Of a stretch of DNA of 64,000 nucleotides, positions 28,306 to 37,313 are shown piece after piece. A program made the translations under genes and the position numbers. The stretch is from assembly GCA_048538215.1 (NCBI GenBank), contig JBLYPV010000001.1, positions 254,196 to 318,195 of the forward strand. The letters run 5' to 3'. A model generated the notes under the pieces. The model saw only the letters and a list, made by a program, of their open reading frames with translations. It ran no database searches and was not told the DNA's origin. This DNA comes from Patescibacteria group bacterium (GTDB lineage Bacteria > Patescibacteriota > Minisyncoccia > Phycocordibacterales > GCA-2747955). Every line of letters starts with the position of its first letter. Position 1 is the first letter of the stretch.

Positions 28306-28587
28306 TCACCCTATAGCTAAGCCATAAAATGGAGGATCATACCCTATGTGATATCTATCAAATAGGGTATTAGCAAATTCTATGCGTTGTAATTTGCTTC
28401 CCTCGCTGGATTTGCTGTGCCAAGCTCTTTCATCATAGAGAAACACTTCTTTACACACGGTATTCCAGAAATCTTCAAAAGTTTGTCGTGAGCCAAAATC
28501 TTTGACTCGAACGAGCTCCTGCCCAAACCAGAATGGGATGCTCCACTGCGCACGATTGTCGGGAGTATTCGTGAATTGCAAGATCAT
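28306..28587 (-). CDS. orphan hypothetical protein
   Basis: Strong SD (AAGGAGAGG) before ATG 28587. Confidence 0.6.
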   Translation of the reverse strand: MILQFTNTPDNRAQWSIPFWFGQELVRVKDFGSRQTFEDFWNTVCKEVFLYDERAWHSKSSEGSKLQRIEFANTLFDRYHIGYDPPFYGLAIG

Positions 28588-28612
28588 TCTTCCTCTCCTT
28601 ATTTTGATTTGC

Positions 28613-28736
28613 AAGCAAAAGCCCGAGCTTGCTGCTCGGGCTTGCTTTGGCGCTGTTATGAAATTTAGACAAAGCAAACACGACCAGCCAAATGGTGGCG
28701 AATAATACTAATAATAATGTTTGTTCTCTGTCGCAT
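28613..28736 (-). promoter_or_regulatory. candidate Ile-sensing attenuator (leader peptide 28665..28736 plus terminator)
   Basis: Leader MRQRTNIIISIIRHHLAGRVCFV* with five ATT codons; antiterminator GTTTGCTTTG/CAAAGCAAGC; terminator AAGCCCGAGC-agcaa-GCTCGGGCTT-TTG. Confidence 0.6.
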
Positions 28737-28819
28737 AGAAAAAATATAACATAAGATAAAACAAAGAAAAAGTCCCAGGCACATCAGCGCGCCCGGGACC
28801 AAAATCGAGATAGAGGTCG

Positions 28820-29203
28820 TCACATGCAGGCACCCCCAGGGGTGCTTATTATGGGTTCTCCCGTCCGCCGAACCTCGCTCGGAATCCGATGCTTTTCGAG
28901 CTTATGCCTAATAATCACATCGTGCAGGTTTTTAAACACCTGATTGGCACTTTGCGCCCCATGAAAGGCTCGCTCGGCGATCTGGACCGCTTCGTATGTT
29001 GGTCCAAATTCCTCATAAGAGTGCCGCAACACTTCTTTCAAGATCGCGACCTCATCGTATTTCCATGCCCACCGCGTATAACCCTCGCAGGCACCAAATG
29101 CGCCACGATACTTACGGGTTATACGGTGCACCATACGCATCGTTGGATTGGTGAATCCAATTGCCCGAAGGGCGTCTTTCACCTGTTCCCTGGTTTCCAT
29201 CAT
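28820..29203 (-). CDS. orphan hypothetical protein
   Basis: SD GAGGAGGAAGAGG; GC-richer codon usage. Confidence 0.6.
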   Translation of the reverse strand: MMETREQVKDALRAIGFTNPTMRMVHRITRKYRGAFGACEGYTRWAWKYDEVAILKEVLRHSYEEFGPTYEAVQIAERAFHGAQSANQVFKNLHDVIIRHKLEKHRIPSEVRRTGEPIISTPGGACM

Positions 29204-29305
29204 GCCTCTTCCTCCTCTAATGATCATCTACTTGCCTGCCAGCTGATCCTGGTAAGCAAGATAAATGTCCCAACGCTACTTTCCGATAAGTAGCGTTGGG
29301 AAATT

Positions 29306-29638
29306 TCAAACACGGACTGCTCCAATACCTTGGGCTTCCCCATCATTTCCCGGCGGATTGAGCAAGCGGTGCAACCTATCCATGACTTCAAGGCTCGGCT
29401 TTGACCCTGGGAAAAAATATTTCCGATTGGTCAGGCTACCCTCGAAGCCAATTTTGGAAAGAATTCGCCCTTCAAGCTCCTTTTGGCCTATACCACTTGC
29501 CCATACTCTTGTGTTCTCCACAAAATATATGTTTTGGTCATCAAGTACACAAGACCATGTCCAACGAGCTTTGCCCTGAGGCTTAGGTGGGAAACATCGC
29601 ACTCGATATTCGTCTATAAAATATGTCTTATCTTTCAT
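29306..29638 (-). CDS. orphan hypothetical protein
   Basis: SD GGAGGG before ATG 29638. Confidence 0.6.
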   Translation of the reverse strand: MKDKTYFIDEYRVRCFPPKPQGKARWTWSCVLDDQNIYFVENTRVWASGIGQKELEGRILSKIGFEGSLTNRKYFFPGSKPSLEVMDRLHRLLNPPGNDGEAQGIGAVRV

Positions 29639-29695
29639 TGTACCCTCCATATTTTAAAATTACAGTGTGTTTATCTACCTATACCTATTGGCTAC

Positions 29696-29844
29696 AAAAA
29701 ACAAAGAGTCCGCTCTTTCGAGTGGACTCTTTGCTGGGTATCTTGGGTATATATGAGAAGCTACACAGTAAACAATCCACTCGACTTGGTAAGTAGGAGT
29801 ACCACAAGAATATTGAGTAGATTGTTGTTTGTATGCCTATGCAT
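29696..29844 (-). promoter_or_regulatory. candidate Leu/branched-chain-amino-acid attenuator (leader peptide 29761..29844 plus terminator)
   Basis: Leader MHRHTNNNLLNILVVLLLTKSSGLFTV*; antiterminator TCGAGTGGATT/AGTCCACTCGA; terminator CAAAGAGTCCACTC-gaaa-GAGCGGACTCTTTG-TTTTTT. Confidence 0.65.
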
Positions 29845-29880
29845 ATACTGAAAATAACATAAAATTATATCCCCCGCAAT

Positions 29881-29905
29881 CACTTAGGGACCGGGTCCCT
29901 AAGTG
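29881..29905. repeat. REP palindrome downstream of RAYT
   Basis: CACTTAGGGACC-G-GGTCCCTAAGTG. Confidence 0.9.
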
Positions 29906-30571
29906 TTATTCAATTAGAATGTCTACAAGCTCACTCTTCTGTCTATTATTTCGCTCTCTGTTGCGTGCCTCTATTGTTTCTCCCAATATATCTTGAGAAT
30001 ATGTATCGTATTGTTTACACGAACCTCCTATAAAACTCAAAGCTTCAGCGTGTAAAATATTTAACCCATTCATGGCTTGCCCATTTTTTAACTCTTGGAT
30101 GCTCGACTTAGGGACCGGGTCCCTAAGTTGGTGTACTAGATGATTTTGATGAACATACGCAAGTATTGATGTTAGATAATTTTCATTATCTATATGTTTC
30201 CTCTTAAACCTACCTTGGAACAATGATCCCGACCTATCATACTTAGCATTAAAATAAGCAGAATATCCCCCACCAACTGCTTTCATAAATTTTGATATTC
30301 CATCATCTACCCTTTGTCTTACAACTAAATGAAAATGATTAGGTAATAAATTGTACGCTAATATATCAACTACAGGATCTGATATTTGATTTATTTTATT
30401 AGCAAAGGAAATTGCATATAAACTTTGAATATTCTTTACTGAATTAAAATATTTTAAACCATCTAAAAAACGTAAGTAATCCCCTCTATCTTCAAAAATA
30501 ATCCTCTTGTCGGTTCCTCTATTATATATGTGATAAATCTCACCTGTTTTGCATAAGATATTCTTCCTCAT
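29906..30571 (-). mobile_element. REP-associated tyrosine transposase (RAYT, IS200-like Y1 HUH)
   Basis: YHIYNRG, AYNLLPNHFHLV (HUH), GSLFQGRFK, YVH.N; flanked by REP palindromes. Confidence 0.9.
30106..30128. repeat. REP palindrome inside the RAYT coding sequence
   Basis: ACTTAGGGACC-G-GGTCCCTAAGT, read in frame as QLRDPVPKS. Confidence 0.88.
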
Positions 30572-30606
30572 ACATCTAATATATTATCATACGTATATTT
30601 TGAATT

Positions 30607-30629
30607 ACTTAGGGACCCGGTCCCTAAGT
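30607..30629. repeat. REP palindrome upstream of RAYT (opposite orientation)
   Basis: ACTTAGGGACC-C-GGTCCCTAAGT. Confidence 0.9.
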
Positions 30630-30632
30630 GGT

Positions 30633-31400
30633 TTATTGGGTAAGGATTTCTGGGCCAGCTTTGGTGACGAGGACTGTCTCTTCAAATTGAGCTGTGTTAC
30701 TCCCATCACGGGTACTAAATAGCCACCCATCACCATCTAGCTTGACGCGCCAATCACCTGCGGTAACAATAGGCTCAATAGCGAGCACCATTCCTTCCTT
30801 AATTTTATCTTTAAAGCCTGATTGGGCAAAATTGGGAATAAAAGGCAACATATGAATTTTTTTGCCCACCCCATGCCCTCCCAGCTCTCGTACTGTATTA
30901 AATCCATGTAATTGTGCAGTCTTTTCCGCTGCTTTGCCAATATCATCTACTGTATTGCCTACTTGGGCAGCACGAATAGCAGCGTCGGTTGTATCTCTCG
31001 CTGCCTTTATGAGGGCTTGATTCTCTTTCGATAGCTTGCCTGCTCCCCACGTACGACAGATATCGACAAATATTCCTTGATATTTCATTACTACATCTAC
31101 TGATACTACGTCACCCTCTTGTAGCACATACTGATTCTTGTAAGCGATACCATGCACTACCCCATCATTTATCGAAATACAGGCAGCTGATGGAAAAGGA
31201 TAGGGCGACTCGGGGATAGAATAGCCAATGGTGGCTGATTCACCGCCACAATCGGCTATAAGCTCGCGTACTTTCATTTCAATATCATGCACGCTAATGC
31301 CTGGCATAATGTACTCACCTAGTGTACGCATTAATTGAGCAAGGGCTTTTCCTCCTTCGCGTAAGCGTATAATTTCTTCTTTGGTGTAATATTCATTCAT
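30633..31400 (-). CDS. map: type I methionine aminopeptidase
   Basis: CISIND.VVHGI, GHGVG, AIEP, FEETV. Confidence 0.95.
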   Translation of the reverse strand: MNEYYTKEEIIRLREGGKALAQLMRTLGEYIMPGISVHDIEMKVRELIADCGGESATIGYSIPESPYPFPSAACISINDGVVHGIAYKNQYVLQEGDVVSVDVVMKYQGIFVDICRTWGAGKLSKENQALIKAARDTTDAAIRAAQVGNTVDDIGKAAEKTAQLHGFNTVRELGGHGVGKKIHMLPFIPNFAQSGFKDKIKEGMVLAIEPIVTAGDWRVKLDGDGWLFSTRDGSNTAQFEETVLVTKAGPEILTQ

Positions 31401-31402
31401 AC

Positions 31403-31990
31403 TTATAGGCTAATTGCTTTTCGAATTGATTCTTCTACCTCTTCAATTGATTTCATTCCATCGATAATATGCACTGTATAATAATCACTATTAGTTTTGA
31501 AAAATTCGAGTGCTCGAATTGTCTCTTTTTCAAACCACTCGAGTCGATTACGAATAATATTTATATCATCGTCACTTCTCCCTCGCTCTTGCATTCGATC
31601 CAAAACAACTTTATCCTCTACGTCTAAATAGAGCACTATAGGATTTTCTACTTGATAAAATCGCAATGCTCCATCAAGCACCCGCGCTTGACGCTTGGTA
31701 CGTGGAGTACCATCAAAGATAAAATTTCGTTTGCCATTATGATACTTGATAAGCTCGGCTGCTAAAAAATAATTTGCTAAAAAATCTGGCTGTAATCCAC
31801 CTTCTTGTGCAATATTGTTTGCCTTCTCGGCAGTATAATTACTTTCTCGTAAAAAATTTCGAAATGATTCTCCCATTTCAATTTCATATACATCAGCTCC
31901 TCTTTCTCTCAATACCCTTGATATTAATTCAACCTGGGTACCCTTACCTGAGCCAGACTTACCCATTACAACAATTGCTTGATTTTCCAT
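31403..31990 (-). CDS. adk: adenylate kinase
   Basis: GKSGSGKGTQ, FDG.PRT..QA, RGRSDD; located after secY. Confidence 0.88.
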   Translation of the reverse strand: MENQAIVVMGKSGSGKGTQVELISRVLRERGADVYEIEMGESFRNFLRESNYTAEKANNIAQEGGLQPDFLANYFLAAELIKYHNGKRNFIFDGTPRTKRQARVLDGALRFYQVENPIVLYLDVEDKVVLDRMQERGRSDDDINIIRNRLEWFEKETIRALEFFKTNSDYYTVHIIDGMKSIEEVEESIRKAISL

Positions 31991-32175
31991 TGCAATATTG
32001 TAGCACGAGAGTAATAAATCATTGAATATTTTGTACATTAGCACATAATAGCCCGCGATTAGTTTACATCCTCAAAAATTACTCCAAATATTCTAAATTT
32101 GAATCTACAAAAAATAACAAGATACAATCTTGTTATTTTTTGTACTAAAGATGAGCTCACTATTGTGGCGTAATT

Positions 32176-33456
32176 TTAGTATTCACGCATCGTGATCTGT
32201 GCTTCTATTTTTTTAATCAAATCCGTCAATACTGATACTACAATCAAGACCCCAGTACCTCCAATGGCAAGCGCTTGGTATCCGGTAATCCCTTGGATAA
32301 TGATCGGCAAGACTGCTACTACTCCCAAGAAAAGAGCACCAAAGAGGGTAATCTTCGTCATTACATCACCTAGATATGCTTCTGTTTGTCCACCAGGGCG
32401 GATTCCAGGCACAAAGGCACCTGATTTTTGCAAGCGCTCTGCTACAGTAGATGGATCGAAAGTAACCGCCGTGTAGAAATAGGTAAAGAGTACTACTAAA
32501 ATAAAGTATATGATACCGTACCATAAGGTGTTTGAGAGAAAAGCATTGATGGATTGTGCAAGATCCTGTATAGCAACACTATCAGCAGATGCCATAAATC
32601 CAGCAACCATTTGTGGAAAAATCATCACTGAAAGAGCGAAAATGATTGGAATTACACCAGCTTGATTAAGACGAAGTGGCATATAGCTCTGGACCACCCC
32701 TGCCTGCTTCCCTGCCCGACTCGAACGAGTATACTGCACAGGCACTGGGCGCTCTGCCTCGGTAATAAATACAATAGCTGCAATCACTACTACCGCAACT
32801 ACCACAAAGGCCAAGACGACTGGGATCTGAGAAGAATCAATCAGCACATTTTGATAGAGATTCCAAGCAGCTCCTGGAAGAGATGAAATAATACCGGCAA
32901 AAATTACCAACGATACTCCATTCCCAATACCAAATTCACTGATGAGCTCTCCTATCCACATCAACAAGACAGAGCCTGCTACTACAATGATTAGATTGGT
33001 CAATAAATCAAAAGTAGAAAGCCCTGGTAATACCCCCTGTGATTCTAAAAGCTTGAGCAAGCCAAATCCTTGTACCGCTGCTAGTGGCACTGAGAGTAAA
33101 CGAGAATACATAGCTATTTTCATCCGCCCTATCTCTCCTTCTTGAGTCTGAATCTCTTTTATTCGTGGTGACATCATCGTCAAGAGCTGCATAATAATTG
33201 CGGCTGTAATATAGGGCCCTACTCCAAGCATTACAATCGACATAGTGGACAGCCCACCGCCTGAAAAAATATCCAAAAGACTCAAAAAACCCCCCGTAGA
33301 TGACTCCATCAAAGATTTAAGCTCGAGTGCATCCACTCCAGGAATAGGAATATTTGCAAGCATCCGAAAAACCACTAGTGCTCCAAGCACAAAAAGAATT
33401 TTATTGCGTAATGATGTATCGGTCCAAATGAGTTTAAGTTTTTGTGTGAGATTCAT
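32176..33456 (-). CDS. secY: preprotein translocase subunit SecY
   Basis: LGVGPYITAAII.QLL, GIGNG.SL.IFAGI, GIRPG..T. Confidence 0.98.
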   Translation of the reverse strand: MNLTQKLKLIWTDTSLRNKILFVLGALVVFRMLANIPIPGVDALELKSLMESSTGGFLSLLDIFSGGGLSTMSIVMLGVGPYITAAIIMQLLTMMSPRIKEIQTQEGEIGRMKIAMYSRLLSVPLAAVQGFGLLKLLESQGVLPGLSTFDLLTNLIIVVAGSVLLMWIGELISEFGIGNGVSLVIFAGIISSLPGAAWNLYQNVLIDSSQIPVVLAFVVVAVVVIAAIVFITEAERPVPVQYTRSSRAGKQAGVVQSYMPLRLNQAGVIPIIFALSVMIFPQMVAGFMASADSVAIQDLAQSINAFLSNTLWYGIIYFILVVLFTYFYTAVTFDPSTVAERLQKSGAFVPGIRPGGQTEAYLGDVMTKITLFGALFLGVVAVLPIIIQGITGYQALAIGGTGVLIVVSVLTDLIKKIEAQITMREY

Positions 33457-33461
33457 ACACT

Positions 33462-33905
33462 TTATTTTACACTACCTCCTGCCTCTTCGATAGCTTGTTG
33501 GGCAGATTCTGAAATTTTACATCCATAGACCTTTACTGCTGTGGCAATATTTCCATTATTGAGAATTTTCACCTCTTGCCCACTTTTGGGTGTGCTAATA
33601 AGATTTTTACGCTGTAAACTTTTTGGGCTTACTACTTCTCCTGCACTAAAATGTGCATCAATCGTAGAGAGATCTACCACGAGAGCATTTTGTACTAAAT
33701 CTCGGGCGCGATTACCATGCACTCCGTGTCCACGAAGCTTAGGAAGCTTCTTAATAATATCTCGAATGGCTGGACGCTTTGAATTACCTTGGCGTGCATT
33801 TTGCCCCTTCATTCCGCGTCCAGCTGTTTTGCCCCGCTTCCCCCCGCGTCCTACACGCTTGGGTGATTGTGAGCTTTTTGATCTACTTAAATCATGTACT
33901 TGCAT
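33462..33905 (-). CDS. rplO: 50S ribosomal protein L15
   Basis: KRVGRGGKRGKTAGRG.KGQ.AR, IEEAGG. Confidence 0.95.
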   Translation of the reverse strand: MQVHDLSRSKSSQSPKRVGRGGKRGKTAGRGMKGQNARQGNSKRPAIRDIIKKLPKLRGHGVHGNRARDLVQNALVVDLSTIDAHFSAGEVVSPKSLQRKNLISTPKSGQEVKILNNGNIATAVKVYGCKISESAQQAIEEAGGSVK

Positions 33906-33930
33906 AAGCTTTAAATTAAGATACCACTGC

Positions 33931-34623
33931 TTACTTCTTGTACGCAAATGGCTTGAGGGCTTCTAATGTGGCCTTGGCATTGTTAATATTACTCTTGCTT
34001 CTGCTTAGTAATTTTCCTCCTACTTCATCAATACCTGCCATTTCAAGGACTACTCGTACGGCACCTCCAGCAGCAAGACCTTTACCCCACACTGGGCGTA
34101 AAAGGACTGCCGAGGCCTTGTATTTTGCCTGAGTATCATAGGGGATCGAATTATTCTCGGTACGCTTTATATGTACCATATCTTTTTTCGCCATACGCAC
34201 AGCTTTGTCAATCGCCATAGCGGTATCCCCCGCTTTGCCGATCCCAAAGCCGACGCGTCCTTTTTTATCACCAATAACAACAGCAGCGGAGAAAGAAAAT
34301 CGTCGTCCTCCTGCCATCACACGGGTCACCCGACGAAGTGAGATAATCTTTTGGTCAAATTCGCTCTTTTCTCGTCTAGGGCTTCGTCGTGGGCCACCTC
34401 TTCCTCGTCCACGAGCGGGGGCTCGAGATCGATCTCCACGCTCACTTCCTTTGGCACCATCGGAGCTAGTTGGGCTAGCATCCTTTGTGGTATCAACCTT
34501 CGAATCTTCTGTAGTCGGAGTCGCTTGCTTTGTTGCCTCTGGTGTTTGTACGGTAGTTTCAGTAGTATCTGGCGAAGCTCCGGTACCTTGTGTTTGTGTA
34601 TTGTTTTGTTCTTCTGTAGTCAT
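33931..34623 (-). CDS. rpsE: 30S ribosomal protein S5 (long disordered N-terminus)
   Basis: RRVTRVMAGGRRFSFSA.VVIGD.KGRVG.G.GK. Confidence 0.97.
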   Translation of the reverse strand: MTTEEQNNTQTQGTGASPDTTETTVQTPEATKQATPTTEDSKVDTTKDASPTSSDGAKGSERGDRSRAPARGRGRGGPRRSPRREKSEFDQKIISLRRVTRVMAGGRRFSFSAAVVIGDKKGRVGFGIGKAGDTAMAIDKAVRMAKKDMVHIKRTENNSIPYDTQAKYKASAVLLRPVWGKGLAAGGAVRVVLEMAGIDEVGGKLLSRSKSNINNAKATLEALKPFAYKK

Positions 34624-34634
34624 AGTAGTATAAC

Positions 34635-34979
34635 TTAAAATACCAGCCCCCCTTCACGGGCACCATCTGCTAATGCTTTGATCCGGCCGGTATATAGATA
34701 CCCACCACGATCAAATACTACCTCGCTAATACTTGCTTGCTTTGCAAGCTCTGCAAGTTTCTTGCCTGCTTCAAAAGCTCGAGCCTGAAAGGTTTCACCC
34801 GAGCAATCCTTTGAGCTTACCGAAACAAGTGTGTGCCCGGCACTGTCATCAATGATCTGGGCACTAATATATCGATTAGATCGGTGAACGCACAGGCGAA
34901 GCTTGCTATCTTTGGTAGCAATAGCCCGGCGAACACGAGCGTGTCGACGAATTCTTTTTTGTTCTTTTAGTTGCGTCAT
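34635..34979 (-). CDS. rplR: 50S ribosomal protein L18
   Basis: [38 protein letters not shown]. Confidence 0.97.
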   Translation of the reverse strand: MTQLKEQKRIRRHARVRRAIATKDSKLRLCVHRSNRYISAQIIDDSAGHTLVSVSSKDCSGETFQARAFEAGKKLAELAKQASISEVVFDRGGYLYTGRIKALADGAREGGLVF

Positions 34980-35067
34980 ATTTTTTTCTTAAAACATCTA
35001 TGTATCGTTCTTTTGCAATCCATTGTCTAGTCGTACGCGAAACTTCTCCAATAATAATCTATACACA

Positions 35068-35601
35068 TTAGACAGATTTCTTACCCTGCTTACGTGTAAT
35101 AATCTCTCCCTGGTAGCGAATACCCTTTCCTTTATATGGCTCAGGCTTTTTCTTGCTACGCACCCGATTGGCAAATAAGCCAACCAGCTCTTTATCAATT
35201 CCACTGATAGTAATGGTGTTTTTCTCCACCCCCACCTCAAGTCCTTCAGGAACAGTAATTTCTACTGGGTGTGAAAATCCGACATTGAGCACGAGCTTGT
35301 TGCCTTGCATATCACATCGATATCCTACCCCCTCTACTGAGAGCACCTTTTGAAATTTAGTATTCACTCCCTCTACCATACTGCGCACAATGCTTGAGAC
35401 AGTCCCCCACATTGCATGTGCAAAATGGCTATCTGTCTTAGGGGTAAATTGTACTGTATTGTCTACCACGATAATATCCACCACATCTCGAAAAGTGCGT
35501 GAAAGATTACCTAATGGTCCAGTGACCTTCACATTAGCTCCATCCACGGCTACCGTAGTACCTGCGGGAATTTCTATGATTTGTTTTCCAATTCGACTCA
35601 T
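35068..35601 (-). CDS. rplF: 50S ribosomal protein L6
   Basis: MSRIGK, PEPYKGKGIRY. Confidence 0.98.
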   Translation of the reverse strand: MSRIGKQIIEIPAGTTVAVDGANVKVTGPLGNLSRTFRDVVDIIVVDNTVQFTPKTDSHFAHAMWGTVSSIVRSMVEGVNTKFQKVLSVEGVGYRCDMQGNKLVLNVGFSHPVEITVPEGLEVGVEKNTITISGIDKELVGLFANRVRSKKKPEPYKGKGIRYQGEIITRKQGKKSV

Positions 35602-35612
35602 ACTACTTTATA

Positions 35613-36005
35613 TTACCAAATGGTGAATAATGCTTCGCCACCAATATGCTTATCCCGAGCTTCTTTCTCGGTCATAATCCCTTCAGGGGTAGAGATAATC
35701 ATATGTCCATGTCCATATTTGACAGGGCGAATTTTTCGGTAGCCAAGATAGCTACGCTTTGATAGGCGTGATACTCGCTTGGCTTTTGTGATTGCTGATC
35801 GACCTTGCGCGTCATAACGCAAAACTATTTCAAAATCACGCCGAACTCCATCTCCTACTTCCTTAAAGTCGGTGATGTACCCTAGCTTTTTTAAAACTAA
35901 AAGGATTTGTTTTTTGAATTTTGATGCCGGAACTTCTACGCGAGTTTTGCCAACCATGCTCGCATTACTAATCCCGGTCAACATATCTGCTATTGGATCA
36001 TTCAT
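35613..36005 (-). CDS. rpsH: 30S ribosomal protein S8
   Basis: DPIADMLT.I.NA, IIST..GIMT..EAR...IGGE. Confidence 0.97.
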   Translation of the reverse strand: MNDPIADMLTGISNASMVGKTRVEVPASKFKKQILLVLKKLGYITDFKEVGDGVRRDFEIVLRYDAQGRSAITKAKRVSRLSKRSYLGYRKIRPVKYGHGHMIISTPEGIMTEKEARDKHIGGEALFTIW

Positions 36006-36017
36006 ATGCAAGTGATA

Positions 36018-36203
36018 TTACCAAGATGATTTTTGAACACCTGGAATCAAGCCTTGGTTGGCCATCTCACGGAAACAGATTCGGCAGAGACCAAAATCAC
36101 GCATATACCCGTGCTTGCGACCACATTTAAAACAGCGACGCACTTCACGAGTAGAGAATTTTGGCTTTTTTTCTGATCGAGCTATTACCGATTTTTTGGC
36201 CAT
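36018..36203 (-). CDS. rpsN: 30S ribosomal protein S14 type Z
   Basis: [25 protein letters not shown]. Confidence 0.98.
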   Translation of the reverse strand: MAKKSVIARSEKKPKFSTREVRRCFKCGRKHGYMRDFGLCRICFREMANQGLIPGVQKSSW

Positions 36204-36391
36204 ACTAAGAAATATATACTACTAATTTAAGACTATCAGATGCTTCGCTCAATAGAGCGAGGCATAAGATGCGCAGAATAATAACAGATATAGCAAAAAT
36301 TCACAACTTTTACTAATAGAAAAATAAAGGCTGAAAAGATGCGGCGCCTTCGGCGCCGCATCTTTATTCTCACTATATAATATCTACACTA

Positions 36392-36438
36392 TAGATTCCT
36401 CTCAGGCAGTCCCTGCGGGACTGCCTGAGAGGAATCTA
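36392..36438. repeat. 22-bp perfect hairpin with 3-nt loop (GCA on the coding strand), 16 nt after the pilin stop
   Basis: TAGATTCCTCTCAGGCAGTCCC-TGC-GGGACTGCCTGAGAGGAATCTA. Confidence 0.85.
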
Positions 36439-36454
36439 GACCCTTTCCGAAATG

Positions 36455-37099
36455 CTAGTGGACGCAACGAACATAAAGGCCATTGCTCTTATCATTCCGG
36501 TACACACTGCCGTTATTGAGGTTCGTACGATATGCGTTCGTGGGCGCAGACGGCGACTCGACAGACGACCAGTAACTGCTCGCCGTAAAGCCTGCTGGTT
36601 TGGCGCTATCTATATCATATAGAGCTCGGAGCGCCGATGGTCCAGACAGGCGCTTGCCAGCACTCTGGCACGCACTGACTGCGCTCGACCAATTCTGCGT
36701 GCCACCAGTATCTGCATCATCAAAGGTGAAGACACCGGTAGGATCAACAGCATAGTAGGTTTCATTGAGAGTTGCAGCCACGCCAAAGTCGATAGTGGCT
36801 AATTCGGCGCGGTAATCACTATAGGTATCAGTAGAGATCCAACAGGCAGCCCCGTCGCTCTTCTCATCCAAGGCTGTTACCATAGTTTGTACGTGGCTAT
36901 CATTACAGAATCCTTCATAGGTTGAGTTGACACTATAGTAGACTGCTGCTTGGCGGTGGATGTTACTGAGAGATGAGCGGATACCAGCTTCTCTAGCATC
37001 CTCTCGTGCGCTGTTGAGTGAGGCCACGACTCCTAGTGAGAGAATACCAATGATAGCGATGACCACCAAGAGTTCGATGAGAGTAAATCCTTGCTTCAT
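36455..37099 (-). CDS. type IV pilin with C-terminal DUF1566/Lcl (C-type lectin fold) domain; probable DGR target
   Basis: N-methylation motif KQGFTLIELLVVIAIIGIL; C-terminus 'W..A...C...GKRL....L..LY...YWSS.E......AY..N..NG......K.....VRCV'. Confidence 0.85.
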   Translation of the reverse strand: MKQGFTLIELLVVIAIIGILSLGVVASLNSAREDAREAGIRSSLSNIHRQAAVYYSVNSTYEGFCNDSHVQTMVTALDEKSDGAACWISTDTYSDYRAELATIDFGVAATLNETYYAVDPTGVFTFDDADTGGTQNWSSAVSACQSAGKRLSGPSALRALYDIDSAKPAGFTASSYWSSVESPSAPTNAYRTNLNNGSVYRNDKSNGLYVRCVH

Positions 37100-37106
37100 A
37101 TTCCTA

Positions 37107-37134
37107 ATACTACCCCCCCCCCGGCAAAAAACAA
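37107..37134 (-). promoter_or_regulatory. putative pilin promoter with a G10 homopolymer in the spacer
   Basis: TTGTTT-tttgcc-G10-TAGTAT-7 nt-ATG. Confidence 0.5.
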
Positions 37135-37313
37135 GAGTCATTATCTACTTGTTTCCACAAATCCAAGCTCAAAACATTATAATAAAATACCAACCATAGT
37201 TTCTATTTTACTATTTTACATTTCTCCCCGAGGTATGAATTTTAAATATCTAACAAGCGCACCGGAAGGTGCGCTTGTTAGATGAAAATTGGTTCTTGAA
37301 AATTAAAAATTTA

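Noticed and set aside
34980-35067. Possible small gene between rplF and rplR
   Set aside because: Only a 13-codon ORF, with no similarity to a ribosomal protein.
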